Both the position numbers and the translations under genes were made by a program. A DNA stretch of 64,000 nt from Candidatus Dormiibacterota bacterium (GTDB taxonomy: Bacteria; Chloroflexota; Dormibacteria; Dormibacterales; Dormibacteraceae). Below are positions 54,585 through 63,605 of this stretch, piece by piece; positions within the stretch are counted from its first letter, which is position 1; every line of letters begins with the position of its first letter. Location of the stretch: the NCBI GenBank assembly GCA_035689485.1, contig DASSLL010000067.1:4472-68471 (forward strand), written 5' to 3'. The notes under the pieces were generated by a model. It had not been told where the DNA came from, ran no database searches, and saw only the letters and a list, made by a program, of their open reading frames with translations.

Positions 54585-55585
54585 CGGACCGCGACCTGCT
54601 CGGGCAGTAGGCCCTTGGCCCGCAGCTTGTCGATGGGGTGATAGGCGTCCACGATGCGCATCGTCCCCGACGCGGACCGCAGGACCATCGACTGCGTGAA
54701 CGCGTACACGTCCTCGTAGCGCACGCCTTTGAGGAGCTCGCCCGACGTGATGCCCGTGGCGGCGAAGAAGATGTCATGGCCGCGGCACAGGTCGTCCAGG
54801 CACAGCACCTTGTCCGGCTTGTGGCCTTCCTTGATCGCCAGCTGTCGCTCCTTTTCGTCGCGGAAGAACAGCTTGGCCTGCATGTCGCCGCCCATCGTCT
54901 TGATGGCGCAGGCCGCGAGGACACCTTCGGTCGCGCCGCCCGACCCCATCATGCAGTGGATGCCGAAGCGGTACTCGAGCGCCGCCTCGAGCGCGCCCGC
55001 AACGTCGCCGGCGGAGATGAGCTTGATGCGCGCGCCGACCTCGCGGATGGCGGCGATGACCTCCTTGTTGCGGTCCCGGTCCAGGACGACGACGCTCAGC
55101 TCCTGCACGGGCAGGCCCTCGGCCTTGGCGATGCGGCGCAGGTTCCACTCCACCGGCATCTCCAGGTCGATGACGCCTCGCGCCTTGCGCCCGACGACGA
55201 GCTTGGTCATGTAGTGGACGTGCGTCGTGAGCATGCTTCCGCGCTCCGCCAGGGCGACGACCGAGATCGCGCCCGGCAGCCCGGAAGCCGTGAGGCTCGT
55301 GCCTTCGATGGGGTCGACCGCGACGTCGACCTCGGGCTCGAGCCCGTTGCCGATCTGCTCGCCGAAGAAGAGCATCGGTGCCTCGTCCTTCTCCCCCTCG
55401 CCGATCACCACCGTGCCCTTCATGTCCACGGTCGCGAGTGACTCCCGGATGGCCTCCACCGCCCGGGCGTCGGCCGCGTCCTTGTTGCCGCGGCCCTGCA
55501 GGGGCGCGGCGGCCAGGGCGCCCGCCTCCGTCACCCGGAGCAGCTCGAGCGCGAGGTTACGGTTGATCTTGGGCTCTTCGATCAT
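54581..55585 (-). CDS. glpX: class II fructose-1,6-bisphosphatase
   Basis: LELLRVTEAGALAAA, VVIGEGEKDEAPML, DPIEGT, GGATEGVLAA. Confidence 0.92.
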   Translation of the reverse strand: MIEEPKINRNLALELLRVTEAGALAAAPLQGRGNKDAADARAVEAIRESLATVDMKGTVVIGEGEKDEAPMLFFGEQIGNGLEPEVDVAVDPIEGTSLTASGLPGAISVVALAERGSMLTTHVHYMTKLVVGRKARGVIDLEMPVEWNLRRIAKAEGLPVQELSVVVLDRDRNKEVIAAIREVGARIKLISAGDVAGALEAALEYRFGIHCMMGSGGATEGVLAACAIKTMGGDMQAKLFFRDEKERQLAIKEGHKPDKVLCLDDLCRGHDIFFAATGITSGELLKGVRYEDVYAFTQSMVLRSASGTMRIVDAYHPIDKLRAKGLLPEQVAVR

Positions 55586-55609
55586 TCGATTCAGGAATGT
55601 AACCGACGG

Positions 55610-56170
55610 CTACGAGAGTCCGCGCCTTCGGATGGGAAGCTTGTCCGCCTCCACCCAGAGCTCTTCCTTGCGCGCCAGGCGCCGGTCACCCCCCTTGTGC
55701 ACGTAAACGCACGTGCGCTCGAGGACCGCCGTGACCCGCACCTTCTCGCCTTCGAGCACCGCGTCGAACCCGTCAATCAGGACCTCGTCCTCGTCGAGCT
55801 CCACCTCGCTCAACCGTCGCGGGCCGCTCGGGCGGACCTTGGTCGACAGCTGGAGCTGGGGCCGTGGCCCGGTGGGCGGGCTGGGCTTGATGGTGAGGCG
55901 CGACGAAGCCGACCCGGCCAGCCGGATGCCCGGTCGTGGCGGAGGTATCACAGGCCGAGCGGGAAGTGGCGCCGGGTTCGGGATCTCCGGCTCGCGCCGG
56001 CGCGGAGCCGCGGCCTTCGCAGGCGCGGCTTTGGGGGCGGGCTGGCGGGACCTGGCCGGCGTCGGAGCTTTCTTGACGGTCCTCGAGGCAGGTTTGGCCG
56101 CAACCCGGGTGCGAGACGTCGTGCCTCGCGCCCGGGCCGGCTTCTTCGCTGGACGCCTAGAAGAACTCAC
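55610..56170 (-). CDS. very basic Pro/Ala/Lys/Arg-rich protein with small globular C-terminal domain
   Basis: GTG 56170 overlaps the bactofilin 3' end by 14 nt. The first ~110 aa are PAKK/KAAP-like low complexity. Confidence 0.55.
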   Translation of the reverse strand: MSSSRRPAKKPARARGTTSRTRVAAKPASRTVKKAPTPARSRQPAPKAAPAKAAAPRRREPEIPNPAPLPARPVIPPPRPGIRLAGSASSRLTIKPSPPTGPRPQLQLSTKVRPSGPRRLSEVELDEDEVLIDGFDAVLEGEKVRVTAVLERTCVYVHKGGDRRLARKEELWVEADKLPIRRRGLS

Positions 56171-56669
56171 CCCAGAATTTTCTGACCTTTCCGACGGGCG
56201 TCGCCGCTGGTTTCAAAGTTACGACCGTCGACTGCGCCGGAACCTGGCTCATCCGCTCCGGCACCGTGTCCGGAATGCCCTCGGGATGGACGCGAATGAC
56301 GCCGTAGTGGACCCCGCCTTCCTGGACGACGAGCGCGCCCACGGTGGCGTCGCCCTCGAGGCGCCCGGTGCTCGTGATCTTCAGGCGGTTGCTGGCCACG
56401 ATGTTGCCTCGCACGAGGCCGGAGACGGTGATGCGGGCGCCTTTGATGTCCGCCTCGACGTGTGCCTCCGGACCGACGAGCAGGTCGCCGTCGCATTCGA
56501 TCTGTCCGCTGAAGTTGCCGAGCACGTGGCCGGACCCCTTCAGAACGAGCTTGCCCGACAGCGCATCGTCCCTCGCGAGCACCGTCGCCTTCGGCTCGAG
56601 GCCCAGCGGGTCCGTCCCGCCGTTCGTGCTCGCGGCCTTGTCCAGCGCTTCCACTGCCACTTCGGTCAT
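56157..56669 (-). CDS. bactofilin (polymer-forming cytoskeletal protein)
   Basis: Beta-helix repeats: LKGSGHVLGNFSGQIECDGDLLVGPEAHVEADIKGARITVSGLVRGNIVA. GGGAGGAG SD precedes ATG 56669. Confidence 0.8.
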   Translation of the reverse strand: MTEVAVEALDKAASTNGGTDPLGLEPKATVLARDDALSGKLVLKGSGHVLGNFSGQIECDGDLLVGPEAHVEADIKGARITVSGLVRGNIVASNRLKITSTGRLEGDATVGALVVQEGGVHYGVIRVHPEGIPDTVPERMSQVPAQSTVVTLKPAATPVGKVRKFWGEFF

Positions 56670-56744
56670 GCCAGTCTCCTCCCTGGCCGCCCCCTTTCTC
56701 CCCACGCGAGGCGGCTCCCTCCACCCGCAGCATAGCGGCTGCCC

Positions 56745-58091
56745 TTAAAGCTGTGGATGGGTTGCCAAGTAATTGATTACTGCCTGGCGGTCGGGCGGGA
56801 TTTCGCCGTCGATGACGAGTTCCTCCAGCCTTTGCTTGATGCGGCCGACCTCGGGCCCGGGTCCGATTTTGCGCAGGCGCATGATCTCGTCGCCGGAGAT
56901 CAACGGCTCGAGGCGCGACGGCCGCTCGGCACGGACGGCGTCAAGCCTCGCCTGCAGCTCGTCGAGCTTTTCCGGCTCGGGATAAGCGGAGGCCGCGATG
57001 TCGGCGCGCGCCAGCAGCATCAGCCGGTCGAGCAGCCGGCCGGCATCGCGTGCCAGGCGACGGACCGCGCCGTCAGTCCACTCGGAGCGATAGAACACCG
57101 GGCGCAGGTGGAGGCGGACGAGGCCCTCGACGACCTCGACCTCCTTCTGCGCGAAGCGGAGGCGGTCCAACGCCGTCCTGGCGATCTCCGCGCCCACCTC
57201 CTCGTGGCCCTGGAAGGTCCCGTCCCCCTTCGCGGTGGCCGGCTTGCCCGAGTCGTGGAAGAGCGCGGCCACGCGCAGCAGGAGGTCGGATGGCGTGCCC
57301 TCGACCGTCAGCAGCGTGTGCCCGTAAACGTCGTGCGTGTGGTATCCGGTTTGCGGCACGCCCTTGCACGCCTCGACCTCTGGCAGGATCACGCCCAAGA
57401 GCTCCGACTCGTCGAGCAGCTCGAGGGCGAGCTTCGGCCGGTCCGAGGCGAGCATGCGGCGCAGCTCATCCCTGACGCGCTCGGCCGAGATCACAGGCGG
57501 CGCCAACCTTCCCTTCAGGCGACGCATCGCGGGCACGAGGTCCGGGGCGAGCGTGAAGCCCAGCTCGGCCGCGAACCGGATGGCGCGCAGCATGCGCAGC
57601 GGGTCGTCCGAGAAGGTCTGCATCGGGTCGGCCGGCGTGCGCAACAGCTTCGCGTGGAGGTCCTCGATGCCGCCGAGCCGGTCGTGGATCCCGCCGTCGA
57701 GATCCATGAGCAGCGTGTTCACGGTGAAATCGCGGCGCCGCAGGTCCTCGTCGAGGCTTGCGCGCCGGACTGTCGGCTTGCGCGATTCCGGCGCATAGGA
57801 CTCCGCCCGCGCGGTCACGAACTCGACCACGCGGCCGGGCAGCGTCACCTGCGCGGTGCCGAAGCGCTCGAAGGTCACCGGTGGTCCGGCACGCGCCACG
57901 TCCGCAAAGCGCTGGGCGAGCGCGAGCGCGTCGCCGCCCTCGACGACGACGTCGACCTCCGCGTGCTGCCGGCCGAGCAGCTTGTCGCGGACGTAGCCGC
58001 CGACGAGCCACGCCTGGGCGCCGGCCTCGGCAGCAGCTCGCTTCAGGAGCTGCAGGATCTCGTGCTCGCCTACTGGTTGATCCGCGCCCAC
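56745..58091 (-). CDS. cca: CCA-adding tRNA nucleotidyltransferase with HD domain
   Basis: WLVGGYVRD, RRDFTVN, LFHDSGKP. GTG 58091 chosen (22-nt overlap with the ROK gene). The start is uncertain. Confidence 0.85.
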   Translation of the reverse strand: MGADQPVGEHEILQLLKRAAAEAGAQAWLVGGYVRDKLLGRQHAEVDVVVEGGDALALAQRFADVARAGPPVTFERFGTAQVTLPGRVVEFVTARAESYAPESRKPTVRRASLDEDLRRRDFTVNTLLMDLDGGIHDRLGGIEDLHAKLLRTPADPMQTFSDDPLRMLRAIRFAAELGFTLAPDLVPAMRRLKGRLAPPVISAERVRDELRRMLASDRPKLALELLDESELLGVILPEVEACKGVPQTGYHTHDVYGHTLLTVEGTPSDLLLRVAALFHDSGKPATAKGDGTFQGHEEVGAEIARTALDRLRFAQKEVEVVEGLVRLHLRPVFYRSEWTDGAVRRLARDAGRLLDRLMLLARADIAASAYPEPEKLDELQARLDAVRAERPSRLEPLISGDEIMRLRKIGPGPEVGRIKQRLEELVIDGEIPPDRQAVINYLATHPQL

Positions 58092-58942
58092 TCCACCGCT
58101 CCCACCTGGCCCGCCCGGTCGCCCAGTCGGGCGCGGCGCAGGGTCGGCCGGCGGGCGGGCTTGATGAATGGCGACGACCGCAACGTGGCGAGCATCTCCG
58201 GCTGAACCAGCGCCCACGAGCGCGAGATGCCGCCGCCGATGACGAACCTCTCGGGGTCGAGGACGTTGGTCAGGCTGATCAAGGCGATGCCCATGTAACG
58301 CGCGGCGCGCTCGACGACCCCCTGTGCGGCGCGATCGCCGGCCGCCGCGGCGGCGAACAGCTCTGCCGCCGGATGGCCGGTCTCGCGGGCCAGGTTCTTG
58401 CCCCCGACGAACGCTTCGAGGCAGCCACGCTGACCACAGCTGTCCAGCGGCCCGCTCGGGTCGATGATCATGTGCCCGATCTCACCGGCGGTGCCATGGC
58501 CGCCGCGATGCAGCTTGCCGTCGACGATCAGGCCTCCGCCCACGCCGGTCGACCAGGTGATGTAGACCATGTTCTTCGTGCCGCGGCCGGCGCCGTGGTG
58601 GTATTCGCCAAGGCCGGCCATGTCGGCGTCGTTGGCCAGCTGGACCTTGGCGCCCGTCGCGCGGCTCATCATCGCCACGAGCGGCACGTTCTGCCAGGGC
58701 AGGTTGGGCGGGTTGACGAGCACGCCGCGCTTCAGGTCGATCGGGCCCGGAGCCGCGATGGTGATGCTGCGGACCTTCTCGCGGCCGCGGTGGCGGTCGA
58801 TCTCCCCGGCCGCCCAGTCGACCATGTCCTGCGGCGTCGGCAGCAGCGGCGTCCTCGTCTTGACGCTCGCGACGAGCCTGCCGTCGGAGCGCGCGAGGGC
58901 GACTCGGACCTGGGTGCCGCCGAGGTCGATGCCTGCCAGCAT
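58070..58942 (-). CDS. ROK-family sugar kinase (glucokinase-like)
   Basis: MLAGIDLGGT, GEIGH, CGQRGCLEA zinc motif. ATG 58942. Confidence 0.85.
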   Translation of the reverse strand: MLAGIDLGGTQVRVALARSDGRLVASVKTRTPLLPTPQDMVDWAAGEIDRHRGREKVRSITIAAPGPIDLKRGVLVNPPNLPWQNVPLVAMMSRATGAKVQLANDADMAGLGEYHHGAGRGTKNMVYITWSTGVGGGLIVDGKLHRGGHGTAGEIGHMIIDPSGPLDSCGQRGCLEAFVGGKNLARETGHPAAELFAAAAAGDRAAQGVVERAARYMGIALISLTNVLDPERFVIGGGISRSWALVQPEMLATLRSSPFIKPARRPTLRRARLGDRAGQVGAVEWARINQ

Positions 58943-58950
58943 GGCGCGAT

Positions 58951-58956
58951 TAGGGT
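58951..58956 (+). promoter_or_regulatory. -10-like box 7 nt upstream of ATG (leaderless candidate)
   Basis: TAGGGT then AATTGGG then ATG 58964. It lies inside the 21-nt divergent intergenic gap. Confidence 0.3.
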
Positions 58957-58963
58957 AATTGGG

Positions 58964-59902
58964 ATGCAGCTGAGGCCTGCGATCGCGGACGACGCGCGGG
59001 CGGTCGCAGACCTCGAGACGGCGCGCACGCCGGACGAGCCGCGAAGCGCGGCGATGATCGCGTACTGGTGGACCCACATGCCCGAAGGCGCGCGGTGGTT
59101 GCGCCTGGTCGATCAGCACGTGTACGTCGAGGCGTCGCACGATGCGTGGGTCAAAGGGGAGCGTCGTTTCGGCTGGGTGTGGGTGACCGTCCATCCTGAC
59201 GCCTGGACCGCGGACCTGTACCGCGCGGGCGTCGAGAGGTGCGAGTCGTGGCTCCTGCAGGAGGCGGCGCAGGTCGCGTCGGTCGAGGTGCGCGAGGACT
59301 TCGCTCGCGAGCTCGACGTGCTCGCGGGACTCGGCTACCGCGAGGAAAGACGTGAGCGGTTCTGGGAGCTCGACCTGGTCGGCCGGCGCGAGGTGCTGCT
59401 CGCGGCGGCCGAGAGGTCACGGGCCGAGATGCGACGCCTGGGCGTCGAGCTGGTCACGCTGGAGGGGGCGGACGACGAGTCGACGCTCCGCCAGGTCTTC
59501 GAGCTCGACGTGGCGACGACGCAGGACGTGCCGACGACGGTGCCGATATACAGGCCTTCGTTCGAGGAGTGGCGGCGCAATTACTTCGAGAACCCCGCGA
59601 TCCGCCTCGACCGTTTCTGGGTGGCGCGCGTGGAGGGTGAGCTTGCGGGCATGTCACTCATCGCCTTTCCGCCGGAGCGTGGCGTGCCCTCGACGGAGTT
59701 CACAGGCGTGGCGGCGAAGTTTCGGGGCCGCGGCATCGCGCGGGCGCTGAAGTACCAGACGGTCGCTCAGGCGATCGCCATTGGAGCCACCCGCCTCCGA
59801 ACCGACAACGATTCGACGAACGCGCCGATCCTGCACATCAACGCCGAGATGGGCTACGTGCCGATCACGCCGTACCTGGAGTTGCACCGAGACCTTCGAT
59901 AG
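58964..59902 (+). CDS. two-domain GNAT-family acetyltransferase
   Basis: FRGRGIARALKYQ, TDNDSTNAPILHINAEMGY. It is the C-terminal 312 codons of track ORF 57758..59902. Confidence 0.75.
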   Translation: MQLRPAIADDARAVADLETARTPDEPRSAAMIAYWWTHMPEGARWLRLVDQHVYVEASHDAWVKGERRFGWVWVTVHPDAWTADLYRAGVERCESWLLQEAAQVASVEVREDFARELDVLAGLGYREERRERFWELDLVGRREVLLAAAERSRAEMRRLGVELVTLEGADDESTLRQVFELDVATTQDVPTTVPIYRPSFEEWRRNYFENPAIRLDRFWVARVEGELAGMSLIAFPPERGVPSTEFTGVAAKFRGRGIARALKYQTVAQAIAIGATRLRTDNDSTNAPILHINAEMGYVPITPYLELHRDLR

Positions 59903-59964
59903 GTGCGTTTGGATCGAAAAGCACGTATCGGGGCGGCCCAACAGGTGCGTTTTGCGCAAAACGC
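59901..59964. promoter_or_regulatory. tandem palindromes (degenerate + perfect) 42 nt apart
   Basis: AGGTGCGTTT occurs at 59901 and 59943. The second copy lies in the perfect 18-nt palindrome GCGTTTTGCGCAAAACGC (59947..59964). Confidence 0.4.
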
Positions 59965-59981
59965 GCGCATCCCGTCGAATC

Positions 59982-60392
59982 TCAGTCGAATGTCAGTCCT
60001 TCACCGACCCACGCCGCCAGAGCGTCTCTGAGGGACGCGAACGTCAGTCTCGACCTCGCCCACAGCAGCTTCACGGTGCCACCGTTCTTGAGGCTGAGCT
60101 GTGCACGCCCGGTGATGATTCCTTCTCGGAGTCGCCCAGCCGCGATCTGCTCAGCTGGTAGCCACAAGCCACGGTTCTGTCGAATTGTCGCGATGTCGGA
60201 CGGCGACAACTCTTGATGCACTTCAGGTATCGCCGCTCCCGCCATCCGAACCAGGTCCAGACCACCGCCCGCCACCGTGGCGGGCCATCCCCTCCTTCGC
60301 CGAACGAGGCCGTCTGACGACAGCCACAGCTCGCCGTGCTCCCAGTCGAACCAGCCTGTCGTCGTGCTCAGGCTGATCAACCGGAAAAGCAT
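59982..60392 (-). CDS. hypothetical protein (136 aa)
   Basis: The ATG directly abuts the metF stop (TAGATG). No family recognised. Confidence 0.5.
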   Translation of the reverse strand: MLFRLISLSTTTGWFDWEHGELWLSSDGLVRRRRGWPATVAGGGLDLVRMAGAAIPEVHQELSPSDIATIRQNRGLWLPAEQIAAGRLREGIITGRAQLSLKNGGTVKLLWARSRLTFASLRDALAAWVGEGLTFD

Positions 60393-61265
60393 CTATGAAG
60401 CGAGCAGCTGCTGTCCTCGCAGCGCCGCCAGGATCTCGATCGGCGCCCGCGCGCGGTTGAAGGTGTAGAAGTGCAGGCCCGGGACGCCGGCCTCCAGCAG
60501 CTCGGCGCACTGCGCGATGCAGTGCTGGACGCCCAGGGTCCGGATCGCCTCGTCGTCCGGCGCCTCGTCTATCCGCCGCTGCAGCGATTCCGGCACCGTC
60601 GCGCCGGACATCGTGGTCATGAAGCTCAACGAGCGCCGGCTCGGCACCGGCATCAACCCCGGCACGATGGGCACGCCGATCCCCGCCTCGCGCGCACGCG
60701 CCACGAGGTCGAAGTAGTGGCGGTTGTCGAAGAAGAGCTGCGTGATCAGGAAATCCGCCCCGGACTCGACCTTCAACCGCATGTAGTGGAAGTCTTGCTC
60801 GCGGTTCGGGCTCTCCGGGTGCTTCTCGGCGCTGCACGCCGCGCCGATGCCGAACCGGTAGCCGCTGCCGCGGACCAGCGTGATCAGGTCGCTGGCGTGC
60901 GTGAGCCGTGGGTCGACCGCGGCGAACGGCTCGCCCGCCGCCGGCGGGTCGCCGCGAAGCGCCAGCACATTGGCGACGCCCTCGCGCTCCATCCAGTTGA
61001 GGACCTGCCTGGTGCGGTCGGCGGTGTTGGCGCACGTGAGGTGCGCCATGGCCTCGATGTGGTAATGCCGCTTGATGCGCGTGACCAGCTCCAGGGTCTT
61101 CTCGCCCGTCCGCACCCTATAGGTCACGGAGACCCAGTCGGGCGCGTGACCCGCCAGAGCGGCGATGGTTCGTTCGAGCGCGTCGACCTCGCTTTCGTCG
61201 CGGGGCGCCATGAACTCGAACGAAACCGTCGGCCGGCTGCGCCGCAGCATGTCCGCGATTCGCAT
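60393..61265 (-). CDS. metF: methylenetetrahydrofolate reductase
   Basis: VSFEFMAPRD, SVTY, HLTC, LALRGDPP, ITQLFFD. ATG 61265 preferred over TTG 61286. Confidence 0.9.
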   Translation of the reverse strand: MRIADMLRRSRPTVSFEFMAPRDESEVDALERTIAALAGHAPDWVSVTYRVRTGEKTLELVTRIKRHYHIEAMAHLTCANTADRTRQVLNWMEREGVANVLALRGDPPAAGEPFAAVDPRLTHASDLITLVRGSGYRFGIGAACSAEKHPESPNREQDFHYMRLKVESGADFLITQLFFDNRHYFDLVARAREAGIGVPIVPGLMPVPSRRSLSFMTTMSGATVPESLQRRIDEAPDDEAIRTLGVQHCIAQCAELLEAGVPGLHFYTFNRARAPIEILAALRGQQLLAS

Positions 61266-61287
61266 GGGCTCCGCGAACTTTACCAAT

Positions 61288-61731
61288 CTAGCCCGCGGTC
61301 GCCGTCGCTCCTCGGGCGTGACCCGCCAGGTTCAATGCGGTACTGCCGACAAAGAGAACGAGATAGACCGCCCATCCCATTCGCCACTCCTCCCACATCG
61401 GCCACCACAGGAACATCTGCGCAGCGAGATACAGAAGGACGTAGGGCCCGAACACGGACCATCTGACCGGCCGGCGCCATTCGGTCCGCGCCAGCAGGTC
61501 CGCCCACGCGCCGAACGCCGCCCAGGCGGTGAACAGAAGCGGACCCGCGTAGAGCCGCCACGAACCGCCTCCGAGCGCGATTGCGGCTCCGACGGCCAGC
61601 CCGGTCGCTCCAAACGCGTAAGCCAGCCATCCGTACCTTTCCGCGCTGCGCGGACGCCATCGCCGCGCCGCGAAGTAGACGAAAAGGATCGCCTGCGACG
61701 CCAGCGCAAACGCCACGAACGCCTGCAGCAC
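61288..61731 (-). CDS. hypothetical integral membrane protein
   Basis: 147 aa with five hydrophobic helices. GGAGG upstream of GTG 61731. Confidence 0.55.
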   Translation of the reverse strand: MLQAFVAFALASQAILFVYFAARRWRPRSAERYGWLAYAFGATGLAVGAAIALGGGSWRLYAGPLLFTAWAAFGAWADLLARTEWRRPVRWSVFGPYVLLYLAAQMFLWWPMWEEWRMGWAVYLVLFVGSTALNLAGHARGATATAG

Positions 61732-61799
61732 GAATCTTTTACCTCCGCCACGGAGCCTGCGCCGCTGGACGGCCGTGCGCGTAGGGCCGGTCGACCCCG

Positions 61800-63605
61800 C
61801 TACCTCAGGACACGCGCGTCTCCGACGCGGCGCGTCACGTGGCGCGCATCGAGGTGCTCCAGCAGCGCGAGCACCGGACGGCGACTCGCGCCCATGCGGT
61901 CGCGCAGCTGGGCGACGGTCACGGAGCCGTTCGCGGCGATCATTCCTTTGACCAGCTCGACCGCGGCGCTGTACGCCTCCTTGCCGAACGCCACGTCGTC
62001 GCTGACGCGGACGATGTCGCCGCGCCGCGCCAGCGCGCGCACGACTTCATCGTTGGTGCCGGTCTGCTGCATCGCTTCGGGCAATGACGGCGGCGCGAAG
62101 CGCGCCGCCTCCAGCAGCGCGACCAGGTCGCTGCCGTCGACCGCCACGCTGTGCGCCGGCGCCGCGATGACGCCGTTGCTTTCGACGATGCGGCCGTCCT
62201 CGACAAGCCCCTGCACGACCGAGGCGAATGACGCCGCCGGCACGCCGAGCTTGTTGCGCAGCTCCTCGCGCGCCATGCCGCTGCGCAGCGGAAAGGCGCC
62301 GTGGTACGCATCGATCTCTGCGGTGGCGCGAGAGGCCAGCGCCGCCCATGATTCCTCGCTGAAGATCCAGTCCCCGATCCGTCTCGCGTGCAGCGCGTCG
62401 ACGTCCGCCGATTGGGCCACCGTCGCCTTGAGCAAGGCCGCCACCGAGACGCCACGCGGGTATTTCCGCAGCTCTTCCTGAAGGACCTGGCCATCGGCCC
62501 GGCGCGCGAGCGACTCTGCGACCGCGGATTCGTGCCGCGGGTGCTTTCGCGGCGCGACGTCGACGAAGACTCCGCCCGCCACGGTCGCCGCGGGGCTGGG
62601 CAAGCGGAGGACGAAGCGATCTCCGGCCAGAGCCGCGATCGCCCGGTCGAGGTAGACCTGAACCCAGCCGTCACCGCCGGGCGCGAGCTCGTCGCCCTCC
62701 AGCACGATGACCCTGCACCCGACCTCGGCGGTGCCGGTGTGCAGAAGCAGCTCCGCGCCGTGGCGAACAGGCTGCGACGCCGAGCTCAGCACCCTGACGC
62801 TCGCGTCGATGCGGCGCGTCGCCGGCAGCGTGCCCGGTCGCGCCAGCACGTCGCCTCGTGCCAGCTCCGATTTCTCGACGCCGATCAAGTTGGCCGCGAC
62901 ACGGCTGCCAGGCCCGACGCTGTCCGTCCTGGCGTTGTGCCGCTGGAGGCCGCGCACACGGACGAGGCGTCCCGAAGGCACCGCCTCCATCTCGTCGCCG
63001 GCGTGGATCGATCCGTCGGCGAGGGTGCCCGTGACCACCGTGCCGAAGCCGCTCATGGTGAACACGCGGTCGATGGGCAGCCGCGGACGTCCGTTGTCGG
63101 TGCGCGCCGGCGCTTCCGCGAGGACGGCGTCGAGCGTGCTCACGAGCTCGGGCAGGCCCGCACCAGTGACCGCCGACACCGTCACGACCGGCCAGCCGGG
63201 CGCGGCCTTGCCTGCTTCCTCGGTGACCAGGCTCAGCCATTCGGCGTCGACCAGGTCGGCCTTTGTCAACACGACGACCCCGCGCTTCACCTCGAGCAGG
63301 TCGACCACGTCCAGGTGCTCCCGCGTCTGCGGCATTACGCCTTCGTCGGCCGCGACGACGAGCAGCACGGCGTCAAGGCCATGGGCGCCCGCGAGCATGT
63401 TGCGCATGAACCTCGCGTGGCCGGGCACGTCGACGATGCCGATCTCCCGACCGCTGGGCAGCGTCATGTGCGCGAAGCCGAGGTCGATGGTCATGCCCCG
63501 CCGCTTCTCCTCGGCGAGCCGGTCGGGGTCGATGCCCGTCAGCGCGGTGATCAGCGTCGATTTGCCGTGGTCGATGTGGCCCGCGGTACCGACGACGAAG
63601 CTCAT
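61800..63605 (-). CDS. selB: selenocysteine-specific translation elongation factor
   Basis: GHIDHGKST, DVPGH, TKADL, plus a long winged-helix C-terminus. ATG 63605 overlaps the selA stop (ATGA). Confidence 0.9.
   Translation of the reverse strand: MSFVVGTAGHIDHGKSTLITALTGIDPDRLAEEKRRGMTIDLGFAHMTLPSGREIGIVDVPGHARFMRNMLAGAHGLDAVLLVVAADEGVMPQTREHLDVVDLLEVKRGVVVLTKADLVDAEWLSLVTEEAGKAAPGWPVVTVSAVTGAGLPELVSTLDAVLAEAPARTDNGRPRLPIDRVFTMSGFGTVVTGTLADGSIHAGDEMEAVPSGRLVRVRGLQRHNARTDSVGPGSRVAANLIGVEKSELARGDVLARPGTLPATRRIDASVRVLSSASQPVRHGAELLLHTGTAEVGCRVIVLEGDELAPGGDGWVQVYLDRAIAALAGDRFVLRLPSPAATVAGGVFVDVAPRKHPRHESAVAESLARRADGQVLQEELRKYPRGVSVAALLKATVAQSADVDALHARRIGDWIFSEESWAALASRATAEIDAYHGAFPLRSGMAREELRNKLGVPAASFASVVQGLVEDGRIVESNGVIAAPAHSVAVDGSDLVALLEAARFAPPSLPEAMQQTGTNDEVVRALARRGDIVRVSDDVAFGKEAYSAAVELVKGMIAANGSVTVAQLRDRMGASRRPVLALLEHLDARHVTRRVGDARVLR

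Noticed and set aside
57758-58963. N-terminal 400 codons of the 714-aa ORF 57758..59902
   Set aside because: This part is antisense to the cca and ROK genes and is Arg/Ala/Pro-rich. Only the part from ATG 58964 has GNAT motifs.
59982-61800. Selenocysteine recoding (in-frame TGA) in the small genes downstream of selB
   Set aside because: I saw no pair of adjacent same-frame ORFs separated by a single TGA, and no obvious SECIS-like hairpin. This cannot be excluded without a dedicated search.
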